Of a stretch of DNA of 64,000 nucleotides, positions 50,321-59,271 are shown piece by piece. The notes below the pieces were generated by a model, which saw nothing but the letters and a program-made list of their open reading frames with translations, was not told the origin of the DNA and made no database searches. This DNA is from Candidatus Sediminicultor quartus (GTDB taxonomy: Bacteria; Atribacterota; Phoenicimicrobiia; Phoenicimicrobiales; Phoenicimicrobiaceae): positions 2,595 through 66,594 of the forward strand of contig DSEL01000185.1 of assembly GCA_011056645.1 (NCBI GenBank), written 5' to 3'. Made by a program: the position numbers and the translations under genes. Numbering within the stretch: position 1 is the stretch's first letter; each line of letters opens with the position of its first letter.

Positions 50321-51556
50321 TTAGGCTAATTTTATATTGTCCAAATTAAAATTTGCTATTCGCCTAATAATTTCCTGCAGGAATTTAGCTGCCGGAGCAC
50401 CGTCTACTGCCCTATGATCGAAGGTAAGAGATAAACCAAGGTGAGGAATAAATTGTATTTTATCTTCTTTTAATAATGGTTTAAGAGAAAGATTGCATAT
50501 ACCAAGAATTGCTACCTGAGGAATATTTAAGATAGGAGTAAAGCTTTCGATGCCCATTGTTCCCAGATTGGTGACCGTAAAGGTCCCTCCCTTTAGTTCA
50601 TCCGGTAAGATAGTATCCTCTTGACAGGCAGCACTTAATCGTCTTGCTTCTTGAGAGATCGCCTTCAAAGATAAGAGATGGGCATTATGAATGATCGGTA
50701 CTATAAGCCCTCGTGGGGAATCTACTGCAAATCCCAGATGGACTGGTTCAAATTCAAGTATCTTATCTTTCAAGAAATGAGCATTCATGTTTTTAAATTC
50801 AGGAAGAAGGTGAGCAATAATATACAGCAGAAAATCATTGATATTAATTTTGCTTAGCTCTTTCATTGAGGCACTGGATTTTAGCGATTCCCGACCAGCC
50901 AGTAAATTAGAAGCGTCAGCAGAAGTATTTAAAGTAAGTTGAGCAGTGCTTTGCAAAGAAGTTAGCATTCTTTCAGAGATAATCTTCCGTACTCCTTCAA
51001 CTAAAATCTCTTTAGCGGGACCGGAAAAATTCTCACTAACCGTACTTGAAATAAGTGCTTCACCTTCAGATATTGCTTTTTCAATATCTTTCTTAATAAT
51101 CCTTCCTCCCGGGCCTGTACCGGTAAGCCGGGAAAAATCAATTCTTTTCTCCTCTGCCAAAAGTCTTGCTACCGGCGAAATGGATATTAATACAGTCTTA
51201 GGAGAAGGTGTTGTTTTTTTAAAAGCTTTATCTGGGACTTGGACTTTTTGCTTTTCAATATATTCACCCTTAGAAATGGAGACAGTTTTTTTGGGGATAA
51301 GATGGTCAATTTTTTCTCCCGGTTGCCCTATAATAGCGATAGTATCAAGAACTGGAACATCCTCTCCCTCCTTATAAAAGATTCTTAATATTGTTCCGGT
51401 TTCAGGAGCCTCCACTTCAAAAACAGCTTTATCGGTTTCTACTTCACAGATAGGCTCTTCAGCTTTTACTTTGTCTCCTTCTTTTTTATTCCATTTAATA
51501 ATGATACATGATTCAACAGATTGTCCTTGTTTGGGCATAAGTACTGCTATAGCCAT
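50321..51556 (-). CDS. dihydrolipoamide acyltransferase (E2 component) with lipoyl domain
   Basis: Lipoyl-attachment motif EVETDKA, peripheral subunit-binding region, and catalytic DHRAVDGAPAAKFLQ motif. Confidence 0.85.
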   Translation of the reverse strand: MAIAVLMPKQGQSVESCIIIKWNKKEGDKVKAEEPICEVETDKAVFEVEAPETGTILRIFYKEGEDVPVLDTIAIIGQPGEKIDHLIPKKTVSISKGEYIEKQKVQVPDKAFKKTTPSPKTVLISISPVARLLAEEKRIDFSRLTGTGPGGRIIKKDIEKAISEGEALISSTVSENFSGPAKEILVEGVRKIISERMLTSLQSTAQLTLNTSADASNLLAGRESLKSSASMKELSKININDFLLYIIAHLLPEFKNMNAHFLKDKILEFEPVHLGFAVDSPRGLIVPIIHNAHLLSLKAISQEARRLSAACQEDTILPDELKGGTFTVTNLGTMGIESFTPILNIPQVAILGICNLSLKPLLKEDKIQFIPHLGLSLTFDHRAVDGAPAAKFLQEIIRRIANFNLDNIKLA

Positions 51557-51665
51557 TTTAGCCCCTCCTTAGTGTACTTTACTGTTTTTCTAAATAATAT
51601 ATCAATAAAATAATCATTTGGTATTTTAAAAATAATTAAATATTTATATTTAACTAATTTTATCC

Positions 51666-53093
51666 TTATTCTTCAGGACAGTATTTTTTAATATCAAAAG
51701 ATTTCCTGATTATCTTTCTGCCCTCAACAATTGATTTAATTTGTCCCATAGATTTTGCCTGAATCATTAGATTCCCAATGGCAGTTGCTTCAACCGGTCC
51801 TGCAAAAACTGACAGACCTGTTACATTAGCAACAATTTTACATAGGAGACTGTTTCGACTTCCCCCTCCTATGATATATATCTCTTTGATAGATTTACCG
51901 GTGATCTCTTCTATCATTTTAATCGTTTTTGTATATTTATCTGCTAAACTCTCTATAATCCCTCTGGTAATCTCTGCCGGTGTCTCTGGTACTTTTTGCC
52001 CTGTTTCCCGGCAATAAGCTTTTATTCTTTCTGGCATATTATCATCAATCAAACCGGGTTTTAAGAATTTTGAGTCATCAGGGTCAATCCTAAAATTTGC
52101 AGGACCATATTTTAAAGCTATTTCAGTTAGTTCATCATAAGAATATGACTTTACCTTCTCATCCCAGAATTTTTTACACTCCTGAATAATCCAGAATCCG
52201 GTTACATTCTTTAAAAATCTAAAGCCTCCATCCGCAGAGCCTTCATTGGTAAAATTATATTTGTAGCTCTTTTCATTAATAATTGGCTCAGGGCTTTCTA
52301 TACCCACTAAAGACCAGGTTCCAGAACTAATATAGGCATATTGAATATTATCTTTCACGGGAATAGCAGCCACTGCAGAAGCGGTATCGTGACAGGCAGG
52401 AGCAATAATCACAACCTCTGAGCCTGCGCTAATTTCCCGTACAATAGTCGGTAAAAGTCTCCCAATCTTTGTTCCAGGCAAAATTATTTCTCCAAATATC
52501 TCCTTCCTAAATCCAAGCTTATCCATTATCTTGGTTGACCAGTCCTTTTTTATAGGATTATAAAGCTGAGTAGTGGTAGTGATTGAATATTCATTTTTTA
52601 TAATTCCAGTTAGCCAATAATTTAAAAGATCAGGAATAGTTAGGAAATATTTTGTATTTTCAAAGATTTGAGGTTTTTTCTTTGCAAATGAATATAATTG
52701 ATAGAGGGTATTAATCTGCATAAATTGGATGCCGGTCTCGGAAAATATTTCCTTTTTGGGTATTATCCTAAAAACTTCCTCCATTATATGGTCTGTCCTA
52801 TTGTCTCTATAATGATAAGAATTCCCCAGAAGATCACCATTATCATCCAAAAGAACATGATCAACTCCCCAGGCATCAATACCAATGCTCGCTATTTGAT
52901 GGGGATATTTTTTAAAAGCTTTTTTTAAACCTTTCTTTATCTCATTGAATAGTCCCAGAATATCCCAAAAAATACTATCTTTAATCCTTACTAAATAATT
53001 CGGGAAACGATGTACTAATTCCATTTTTGATAAATCACCAACAATAACTCTTCCGCTTTCGGCACCCAGATCAATCGCTACAAACTTTTTCAT
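51666..53093 (-). CDS. rhaB: rhamnulokinase
   Basis: Block-for-block match to E. coli RhaB as recalled: AIDLGAESGRV, IGIDAWGVDHVLLD, YRDNRT, GIQFMQINTLYQL, TTTQL, ACHDTASAV, SSGTWSL, NEGSADGGFRFLKN, IGGGSRN, AGPVEATAIGN. Confidence 0.9.
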   Translation of the reverse strand: MKKFVAIDLGAESGRVIVGDLSKMELVHRFPNYLVRIKDSIFWDILGLFNEIKKGLKKAFKKYPHQIASIGIDAWGVDHVLLDDNGDLLGNSYHYRDNRTDHIMEEVFRIIPKKEIFSETGIQFMQINTLYQLYSFAKKKPQIFENTKYFLTIPDLLNYWLTGIIKNEYSITTTTQLYNPIKKDWSTKIMDKLGFRKEIFGEIILPGTKIGRLLPTIVREISAGSEVVIIAPACHDTASAVAAIPVKDNIQYAYISSGTWSLVGIESPEPIINEKSYKYNFTNEGSADGGFRFLKNVTGFWIIQECKKFWDEKVKSYSYDELTEIALKYGPANFRIDPDDSKFLKPGLIDDNMPERIKAYCRETGQKVPETPAEITRGIIESLADKYTKTIKMIEEITGKSIKEIYIIGGGSRNSLLCKIVANVTGLSVFAGPVEATAIGNLMIQAKSMGQIKSIVEGRKIIRKSFDIKKYCPEE

Positions 53094-53173
53094 ACTATTA
53101 CCCCTTTTAATTTAGTTCTAAGCAAAGAAAAATACTGATCAATCTTTTTTGACTTTTTTCAACTTAAATTACT

Positions 53174-53962
53174 CTATTCTTTAAACAGGTTCTGTCGATA
53201 TTTTTCATCGGGTCTTCCCGATATATGTGTTACCATATCATTAGAAAGGGTATTTATGCCTCCTGCAAGTAATGCACCAAAACGAATTTCCGCTGCCTTA
53301 GCAGCAGTTAAAGTAATATTTTCTACTTCGGTCGGAGTAGATCCTAAAGCAACAAATCCATGGTTTTGAAAATAGATAGATTTAGGCCTCTCTCCATGTT
53401 TCTTTAAAAATATTTCAATTTCTTTTTTTACTTTTTGCGCCAATTGAACTCCCGGATCAGTATAAGGAATGAAGATCGATTCTTTTCCCAATAGTATAAT
53501 TTCATCAGGATAAATTCTCCCTTTCAGATTCGCCGGAAAACTCTTTGAACAAGTCAATCTATTTACAGCAGTGGGGTGAGTATGGCCAACAAAATTTACT
53601 CCCTCCAAGCTAAGGCAAATAGCATGCAACAGGGTTTCTACAGAAGGATTTGCTAGATGTTTTTTATCCACTTTTGCTTTTTCAAAGATGTAATTAATTT
53701 CTTTAGCATTCGGATTCTCCATATTAATAAGCTGCACGATTGGTGCAAAATAAACTTGAATAAAATCATTCTCGGTTACAGTGGCCAGCTGTGTCCCGCT
53801 TGCTTTTATAAAAAAACTATCAGAGACATCTTTTATCTCAACTTTAGCTGAGGTATTACCCTCTCCAATAATGGCAAGGTGATAGTCTATTCTTCCTAAA
53901 TTATTAGACAGTTTTACTAACTTATGTAATGCCTCGACCTGAACATTTTGCCATTCTTTCAT
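53174..53962 (-). CDS. rhaD: class II (Zn) aldolase/adducin-family protein, rhamnulose-1-phosphate (or fuculose-1-phosphate) aldolase-like
   Basis: GEGNTS phosphate-binding and HTHP zinc-ligand motifs. Start set to ATG 53962 (MKEWQNV...) behind a G-rich SD, giving 262 aa; the listed ORF carries 43 extra N-terminal codons. Confidence 0.65.
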   Translation of the reverse strand: MKEWQNVQVEALHKLVKLSNNLGRIDYHLAIIGEGNTSAKVEIKDVSDSFFIKASGTQLATVTENDFIQVYFAPIVQLINMENPNAKEINYIFEKAKVDKKHLANPSVETLLHAICLSLEGVNFVGHTHPTAVNRLTCSKSFPANLKGRIYPDEIILLGKESIFIPYTDPGVQLAQKVKKEIEIFLKKHGERPKSIYFQNHGFVALGSTPTEVENITLTAAKAAEIRFGALLAGGINTLSNDMVTHISGRPDEKYRQNLFKE

Positions 53963-54153
53963 TTTCCCTTCCCCCCTAGTGAATTGCTTTTTTGTACTTA
54001 ACCTTATATGCTGTAACGTCTTAAAAAAAAGTCCTTTTATTTGTAAAATATTTTCTAAAAGGAAACTACCTCTTATATGATCAATTTTCACTTTTTTGAA
54101 TAAATAAAATTGTTTTGATTATTTTCTCTTCATATATTTATTTAAAAATATAT

Positions 54154-54468
54154 TTAATCCATATGAAAAACCTCTTCCAAAGAGGTGATAACCGGGGAAT
54201 TATCTGGATTAGTTTCCATAATATCTTGCATATAATCCCACCATTTTTTCATTATCTCTTTAGAGGGGAGTTTTTCAACTGTATTATTTTCTTTTAATTT
54301 TTGCACCGCAAAGAGAGTAAGCGTTTCTTTATCAAGAAATATGGAATAATCATAAATTCCCGCCCTGGATAATTCTTCTTTAAGTTCAGGCCAGATTTCA
54401 TTATGTCTTTTTTTATACTCTTCTTCATAGCCCACCTTTAATTTCATTTTAAATACTGCTCTTTTCAT
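54154..54468 (-). CDS. rhaM: L-rhamnose mutarotase domain; possible independent initiation from an internal ATG
   Basis: ATG at 54468 is preceded by GGGAG 7 nt upstream, inside the permease frame. It would yield a 104-aa stand-alone RhaM identical in length to YiiL. Confidence 0.5.
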   Translation of the reverse strand: MKRAVFKMKLKVGYEEEYKKRHNEIWPELKEELSRAGIYDYSIFLDKETLTLFAVQKLKENNTVEKLPSKEIMKKWWDYMQDIMETNPDNSPVITSLEEVFHMD

Positions 54469-55482
54469 TAACCTGCTCCCAAAACTATTTTTAGGTTTTA
54501 ATCTTTCCAGTAATTGGGGAAGCATAATTGCTAAAATTAATAATAAGCCTATAATAATAGTCATTACCTTGCCAGGTATATTAATTAGGCCCATTCCGAA
54601 TTTAAGAAATCCAATAATAAAAATGGAAATAACTACTCCAAAAATATTTCCTTTTCCGCCGGTAATAGCTACTCCACCCAGCACAACTGTGGTGATAATC
54701 TCCAGCTCCCAACCACTAGCAATATTTGGACGTGTACTCCCGATTCTGGAAGTTAGCAAGATTGAAGCTAATCCTGAACAGAGTCCGGTAACGGTAAAAA
54801 TAGCAAGACGTACTCTGTTTACAGGTATCCCTGAAAAACGAGCAGCAGTAGAATTATTTCCAATGGCAAATACCTTCCGTCCTATAGTCGTTTTATGTAA
54901 AATGATACCAAAAATTATAGCAAGTATGAAAAAAAGGATCAATTCAAAAGGAATCATGGTGTTTCCTATGTATCCCTGCCCAAAAAAAGCAAAAGAGGTT
55001 GGGTACTTGGTAAATGCCTTGTCTCCGAGAATAACATAAGCAATCCCTCTAAACAAAGACATACTTCCCAGAGTAACAGCGATCGCAGGAATCCCAAATT
55101 TTGTTATAATGAAACCATTTAAAAAACCTGCCGCCAAACCCGCAAAAAGTCCTATCACAACCAACCCAAAAGTATTCACTCCGGCTTGGGAGGCCATACC
55201 CATAAAAACCGAAGATAAAGCTATAATAGAGGCAACAGAAATATCAATATCACCACATATGATCACAAACATCATGGGAAGAGCAATGATAGCTTTCTCA
55301 ATAAAATTAAAAGTGGTGTTCATAAGATTGGTATAATCTAAAAAATAAGGAGATAAATTTGAATTTATGATTACAACCATAATGAAAATAAAAGGAAGAA
55401 TGATTTCCCACTGCCATATAATATTTACCAGATAATTTTTTCTTATTTTTTTAATTTCAAGACTTTCATTTTTGTTATTCAT
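54154..55482 (-). CDS. rhamnose ABC transporter permease (RhaQ-like) fused in frame to L-rhamnose mutarotase (RhaM) at the C-terminus
   Basis: Residues 1-338 form a ribose-type 10-TM permease. With no intervening stop, the last 104 aa (MKRAVFKMKLKVGYEEEYKKRHNEIWPEL...KKWWDYMQDIMETNPDNSPVITSLEEVFHMD) match E. coli RhaM (YiiL, 104 aa) block for block. The start overlaps the upstream permease by 8 nt. Confidence 0.8.
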   Translation of the reverse strand: MNNKNESLEIKKIRKNYLVNIIWQWEIILPFIFIMVVIINSNLSPYFLDYTNLMNTTFNFIEKAIIALPMMFVIICGDIDISVASIIALSSVFMGMASQAGVNTFGLVVIGLFAGLAAGFLNGFIITKFGIPAIAVTLGSMSLFRGIAYVILGDKAFTKYPTSFAFFGQGYIGNTMIPFELILFFILAIIFGIILHKTTIGRKVFAIGNNSTAARFSGIPVNRVRLAIFTVTGLCSGLASILLTSRIGSTRPNIASGWELEIITTVVLGGVAITGGKGNIFGVVISIFIIGFLKFGMGLINIPGKVMTIIIGLLLILAIMLPQLLERLKPKNSFGSRLMKRAVFKMKLKVGYEEEYKKRHNEIWPELKEELSRAGIYDYSIFLDKETLTLFAVQKLKENNTVEKLPSKEIMKKWWDYMQDIMETNPDNSPVITSLEEVFHMD

Positions 55483-56455
55483 AAAAATTTCTCTTTCTTA
55501 ACATCAGTTGCTGATTACGTTTATCCATAACCGTATTTATTATAATTGCAAAAAGTATAATGAAGCCCTGAATCGCCATCTGCCAGAAGGGTGAAACATT
55601 AATCATAGTCAGAGCATTATAAACAATTCCCATAAAAAAGGCTCCCAGTACAACACCGATAATCGACCCAGAACCACCCATAATACTTACCCCTCCAATT
55701 ACACAAGCCGCAATAGTCTGAAGTTCGAAGCCGATAGCAGTTTCACTCTGGGCAGCGGCATAACGGGCAACCCAGAGAAATCCTGCAAGACCAGTAATTC
55801 CTCCGCATAAGGTAAAGACAATATATTGAATTTTCTTCAGGCTAATGCCCACATATTGAGAGGCTATCTTATTGCCGCCCACCCCGTAAATCTCTCTTCC
55901 AGTTCTAGTTAAATTTAAAAAAATTAAAAATAATACTACTGTTAGTATCGATAGATATATAAGACTGGATATACCTAAAAAACTTCTTCTGGGAAACATC
56001 CGAAAAACCTCGGTCATCTCATGAGCGCTAACCCAAGTTCCTTTACAAAGTACGAATACCAAACCTCTATATATACTCATGGTACCAAGAGTAGTAATAA
56101 TAGGGGGAATTTTAGCCTGGGAAACCAACAAGCCATTTATCGAACCAAGCAGGAGTCCAATGGCTATTGAAATCAAAATAATCATAAAGATAGGAATTCC
56201 AGGGTGATATTGATTTAGAAGGGCTACACTCATACCACTTAAAGCGAGACTGGAACCGACAGATAAATCTATGCCCCCTGTCACAATAATCATCAGCTGT
56301 CCAATAGCCACCATCGATAGAATTGCCGTATCATTCAACACATCAATAAAGTTGTTAATATATAAAAAGCTGGGGGTTCTCAAACTAACCCCAAATATGA
56401 TAAATAAAATAAAAACAAAAAGATTAAATTCTCTTTTCTTAAATAATTCCATCAT
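55475..56455 (-). CDS. rhamnose ABC transporter permease (RhaP-like, RbsC-type)
   Basis: 326 aa multi-TM permease with GGIDLSVGS and ...GGNKIASQYVGISL... motifs. Confidence 0.8.
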   Translation of the reverse strand: MMELFKKREFNLFVFILFIIFGVSLRTPSFLYINNFIDVLNDTAILSMVAIGQLMIIVTGGIDLSVGSSLALSGMSVALLNQYHPGIPIFMIILISIAIGLLLGSINGLLVSQAKIPPIITTLGTMSIYRGLVFVLCKGTWVSAHEMTEVFRMFPRRSFLGISSLIYLSILTVVLFLIFLNLTRTGREIYGVGGNKIASQYVGISLKKIQYIVFTLCGGITGLAGFLWVARYAAAQSETAIGFELQTIAACVIGGVSIMGGSGSIIGVVLGAFFMGIVYNALTMINVSPFWQMAIQGFIILFAIIINTVMDKRNQQLMLRKRNFYE

Positions 56456-56467
56456 TTTTAAATTCCT

Positions 56468-57967
56468 TCACTTTGAAATACTCCCGGTTGCAGCTTTAAT
56501 TATCTTTTCAGAATTTGCTTCTTCGCGAGTAAATTTAGCAGTGATAACTCCTTCATGCATTACTATAATATTATTAGACATACCGAGAATCTCAGGAAGT
56601 TCAGAGGAAACAAGAATTACTGCAATCCCTTGCTTTGCAAGTTCAGAAATAAAATTGTGTACAGTAGCTTTGGTTGCTACATCAATTCCTTTGGTTGGCT
56701 CATCCATAATTAATATTCTTGGCTTGGTGGCAATCCATTTAGCTAAAACTACCTTCTGTTGATTACCTCCTGAGAGGTCTTCTACCAACTGTTCCCAACC
56801 TGAAGCTTTTATTTCTATATTTTTTCCATATTCATCAGTAATTTCAAATTCCCTATTACGATCTAAAAAAATATGTCTACTTATTCTATCTATTATCGGC
56901 AAAGTAATATTTTCCCTAATATTCATAGCTAAAATAGCACCTTGTATCTGTCGGTCTTCGGGGAGATAAGCAAGACTATGATTCATTGCATCTGAAGGAT
57001 TGGTAATACTAATTTTTTCGCCATTTATAAAAACTTCACCTGAGGTCTTGGTATCAATTCCAAAAATGGTCTGCATTACTTCTGATCTCCCTGCTCCCAC
57101 TAATCCAAAAAATCCCAATATCTCGCCTTTATGCAAGTTAAAAGATATGTTTTTAAATACACCTATCTTGGTAAGATTTTCGACCTTCAGGATAATGTCA
57201 CCTTTCTCTGCCTCTATTTTCGGATACATTTGTTCAAGACTGCGTCCAATTACCATCTGGATAATTTTATCTACGGTAATATCCGCCATTCTTCCTTCTC
57301 CGACATATTTCCCATCTCTCAACACTGTAAAATAATCCGCAATTTCAAAAACCTCTTCAAATTTATGAGAAATAAAGATGATGGTTTTTCCTTCTGATTT
57401 CAATTTTCTAATAATTTTATATAAATATTCAACTTCTTTAAGAGTAAGTGCAGAGGTTGGTTCATCCATAATGACTATTTTTGCGTTGAGTGAGAGTGCT
57501 TTGGCAATTTCCACCATATGCCTTTGAGCAATACTTAAATTTTTTACTTTAGTATCAGGATGGATATCCAATTCAAGTTTATCGAGAAGTTTCTGGGTTT
57601 CACTCTTCATTTCTTTCCAAGAAAGCAGACCGTTAGATTTATTTCTAATATGATGACCCATGAAGATATTTTCGGCAATAGAAAGTTCCAGGAACATTGT
57701 AGCTTCCTGGTGTATAGCAGATATCCCAGCCTGTTGTGAGATTTGGGGAGATGGAAATTGGGTAGGTTTATTGTTAAGAATAATAGTACCAGCGGTAGGT
57801 TGATACACACCGGCTAAAATCTTTACTAGCGTAGATTTTCCAGCCCCATTTTCACCTATGAGAGCATGAACTTCTCCGGTTCTTACTTGAAAATCTACCC
57901 CATCAAGTGCTTTAACTCCATAAAAATATTTTTTAATCCCCTTCATTTCAAGAATACAGCTCTTCAT
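56468..57967 (-). CDS. rhamnose ABC transporter ATP-binding protein (RhaT-like, two NBDs)
   Basis: GENGAGKSTLVKIL and GLVGAGRSE Walker A motifs, two LSGG signatures; 499 aa. Confidence 0.85.
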   Translation of the reverse strand: MKSCILEMKGIKKYFYGVKALDGVDFQVRTGEVHALIGENGAGKSTLVKILAGVYQPTAGTIILNNKPTQFPSPQISQQAGISAIHQEATMFLELSIAENIFMGHHIRNKSNGLLSWKEMKSETQKLLDKLELDIHPDTKVKNLSIAQRHMVEIAKALSLNAKIVIMDEPTSALTLKEVEYLYKIIRKLKSEGKTIIFISHKFEEVFEIADYFTVLRDGKYVGEGRMADITVDKIIQMVIGRSLEQMYPKIEAEKGDIILKVENLTKIGVFKNISFNLHKGEILGFFGLVGAGRSEVMQTIFGIDTKTSGEVFINGEKISITNPSDAMNHSLAYLPEDRQIQGAILAMNIRENITLPIIDRISRHIFLDRNREFEITDEYGKNIEIKASGWEQLVEDLSGGNQQKVVLAKWIATKPRILIMDEPTKGIDVATKATVHNFISELAKQGIAVILVSSELPEILGMSNNIIVMHEGVITAKFTREEANSEKIIKAATGSISK

Positions 57968-58010
57968 TGAACTAAAATCTCTCTTCTTTATTTTAAGGTA
58001 TTTAACAAAT

Positions 58011-58037
58011 AAAGCGGGATATAATTAATCCCGCTTT
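58011..58037 (-). terminator. hairpin 3' of the rhamnose SBP gene (AAAGCGGGAT - 7 nt - ATCCCGCTTT)
   Basis: Perfect 10-bp stem 36 nt downstream of the SBP stop. On the minus-strand RNA it is followed by AUUUGUUAAAUA. Likely a partial intrinsic terminator between the SBP and ATPase genes. Confidence 0.55.
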
Positions 58038-58072
58038 ATCCAACAGATTTTTTTAATTCAAAGAGTAAACCA

Positions 58073-59080
58073 TTAGTAAATCTCAGCAAATTTATCTATA
58101 TTATCTTTTTCAAAAATAAATGGTTCACTCATTACAGCAACATTATCCGGGCCTATCTTAATTTCTCCCATTCTGCCAACTTTCATTACTTCACCCTCTT
58201 TGCCCTGGAATTCACCCTTAACTAATTTGTAGGCGATATAAGTGGATGAATATCCTAAATCAATGGGGTTCCAGAGAGACATTTGTCGGCAAGTACCATT
58301 TTTAATATATTGTTTCATTTCAGAGGGTAAACCAAGACCGGTTAGTTCAATTTTCCCTGATTTTCCAGCATCCTCTAATGCCTTTCCAGTAGCCGCGATA
58401 CCAACAGTTGTAGGTGAAATAATCCCTCTTAAATCAGGATAAGATTTAAATAACCCCGTTGCTTCCCGATAACTCTTGTCAGAAAGGTCATCACCATATA
58501 CTACAGCTACCAGTTTCATATCTTTATAAGCAGGCTCCTTTAATTCCTCTTTCATCCATTCAATCCATTCATTTTGATTGGTAGCCTGGGAAGAAGCACT
58601 CAAAACAGCAATCTCACCCTTATAGTCAATTAAATTTGCCAACATTTTTACCTGGCTTCTACCAATAAACTCACTGCTGGATGGTGCTAAATGCAGTATT
58701 CGTCCTTCTGGTGCAACTCCTGAATCGAAGGAAATTACTGTAATCCCGCTCTTCATTGCCCGTTGACAAACAGGAACCAGGGCATCTACATCGTTTGCTG
58801 AAATGACAATTGCATTTACTTTTTGAGCAATAAGCGAGTCAATAATTTCTATCTGACCCTCTGCAGTTGGTGTGGTAGGTCCCTGAAAAATAAATTCAAT
58901 TCCTCCAAGTTCTTTAGCTGCTTCCAAACCTCCATCTCTACAAGCTTCAAAAAAGGCATTCCCCAAGTTTTTAACTAACATAGCAATTCTAACATTTTCT
59001 TGTGCCCCTGCAAAAGAAACCACAGATAAGAGAAAAACTGCAATTAAAACCATGGTCAGTATAAATTTTTGCTTTTTCAT
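58073..59080 (-). CDS. rhamnose ABC transporter substrate-binding protein (RhaS-like)
   Basis: Signal peptide MKKQKFILTMVLIAVFLLSVVSFAGA; type I PBP resembling the rhizobial RhaS family. Start moved to ATG 59080 with AAGGAGG SD. Confidence 0.8.
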   Translation of the reverse strand: MKKQKFILTMVLIAVFLLSVVSFAGAQENVRIAMLVKNLGNAFFEACRDGGLEAAKELGGIEFIFQGPTTPTAEGQIEIIDSLIAQKVNAIVISANDVDALVPVCQRAMKSGITVISFDSGVAPEGRILHLAPSSSEFIGRSQVKMLANLIDYKGEIAVLSASSQATNQNEWIEWMKEELKEPAYKDMKLVAVVYGDDLSDKSYREATGLFKSYPDLRGIISPTTVGIAATGKALEDAGKSGKIELTGLGLPSEMKQYIKNGTCRQMSLWNPIDLGYSSTYIAYKLVKGEFQGKEGEVMKVGRMGEIKIGPDNVAVMSEPFIFEKDNIDKFAEIY

Positions 59081-59117
59081 TTTATTTACCTCCTTTTTTA
59101 ATATAATGAAAACTATT

Positions 59118-59133
59118 TGATAATATATTATCA
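59118..59133. promoter_or_regulatory. perfect 16-bp palindrome TGATAATATATTATCA overlapping the -10 of the rhaS-operon promoter; candidate DeoR operator
   Basis: Perfect palindrome. A second TATCA/TGATA palindrome, TATCATGATA, lies at 59161-59170. A minus-strand promoter has TTGACA at 59153-59148, a 17-nt spacer, and TAATAT at 59130-59125. The divergent plus-strand promoter has TTGACT at 59181-59186, 17 nt, and TATAAT at 59204-59209. Confidence 0.5.
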
Positions 59134-59271
59134 AGTTATTATCTTTATGTCAAGAAATTTTATCATGATATCTTCAATTATTGACTTTGTTTTCATCATA
59201 TAATATAATAAAAACGATAAAATGTTGTAAATAAAATTGAGCAAAAATCACTAAATAGGTGGAAATGGTTT

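Noticed and set aside
53963-54091. The first 43 codons of listed ORF 53174..54091 (MKIDHIRGSF...TRGEGK) considered as part of the aldolase.
   Set aside because: Class II aldolases of this family are 215-275 aa. A G-rich SD precedes the internal ATG at 53962. The upstream codons lack any aldolase motif, so the shorter start is preferred.
5640-57397. Numerous 60-160-aa plus-strand ORFs inside minus-strand genes, for example 5640-5999, 7084-7706, 32914-33324, 50946-51377, 56271-56762 and 57000-57397.
   Set aside because: Each sits antisense within a long gene that has clear domain signatures. Their composition is low-complexity or hydrophobic, typical of AT-rich shadow frames, and they lack ribosome-binding sites.
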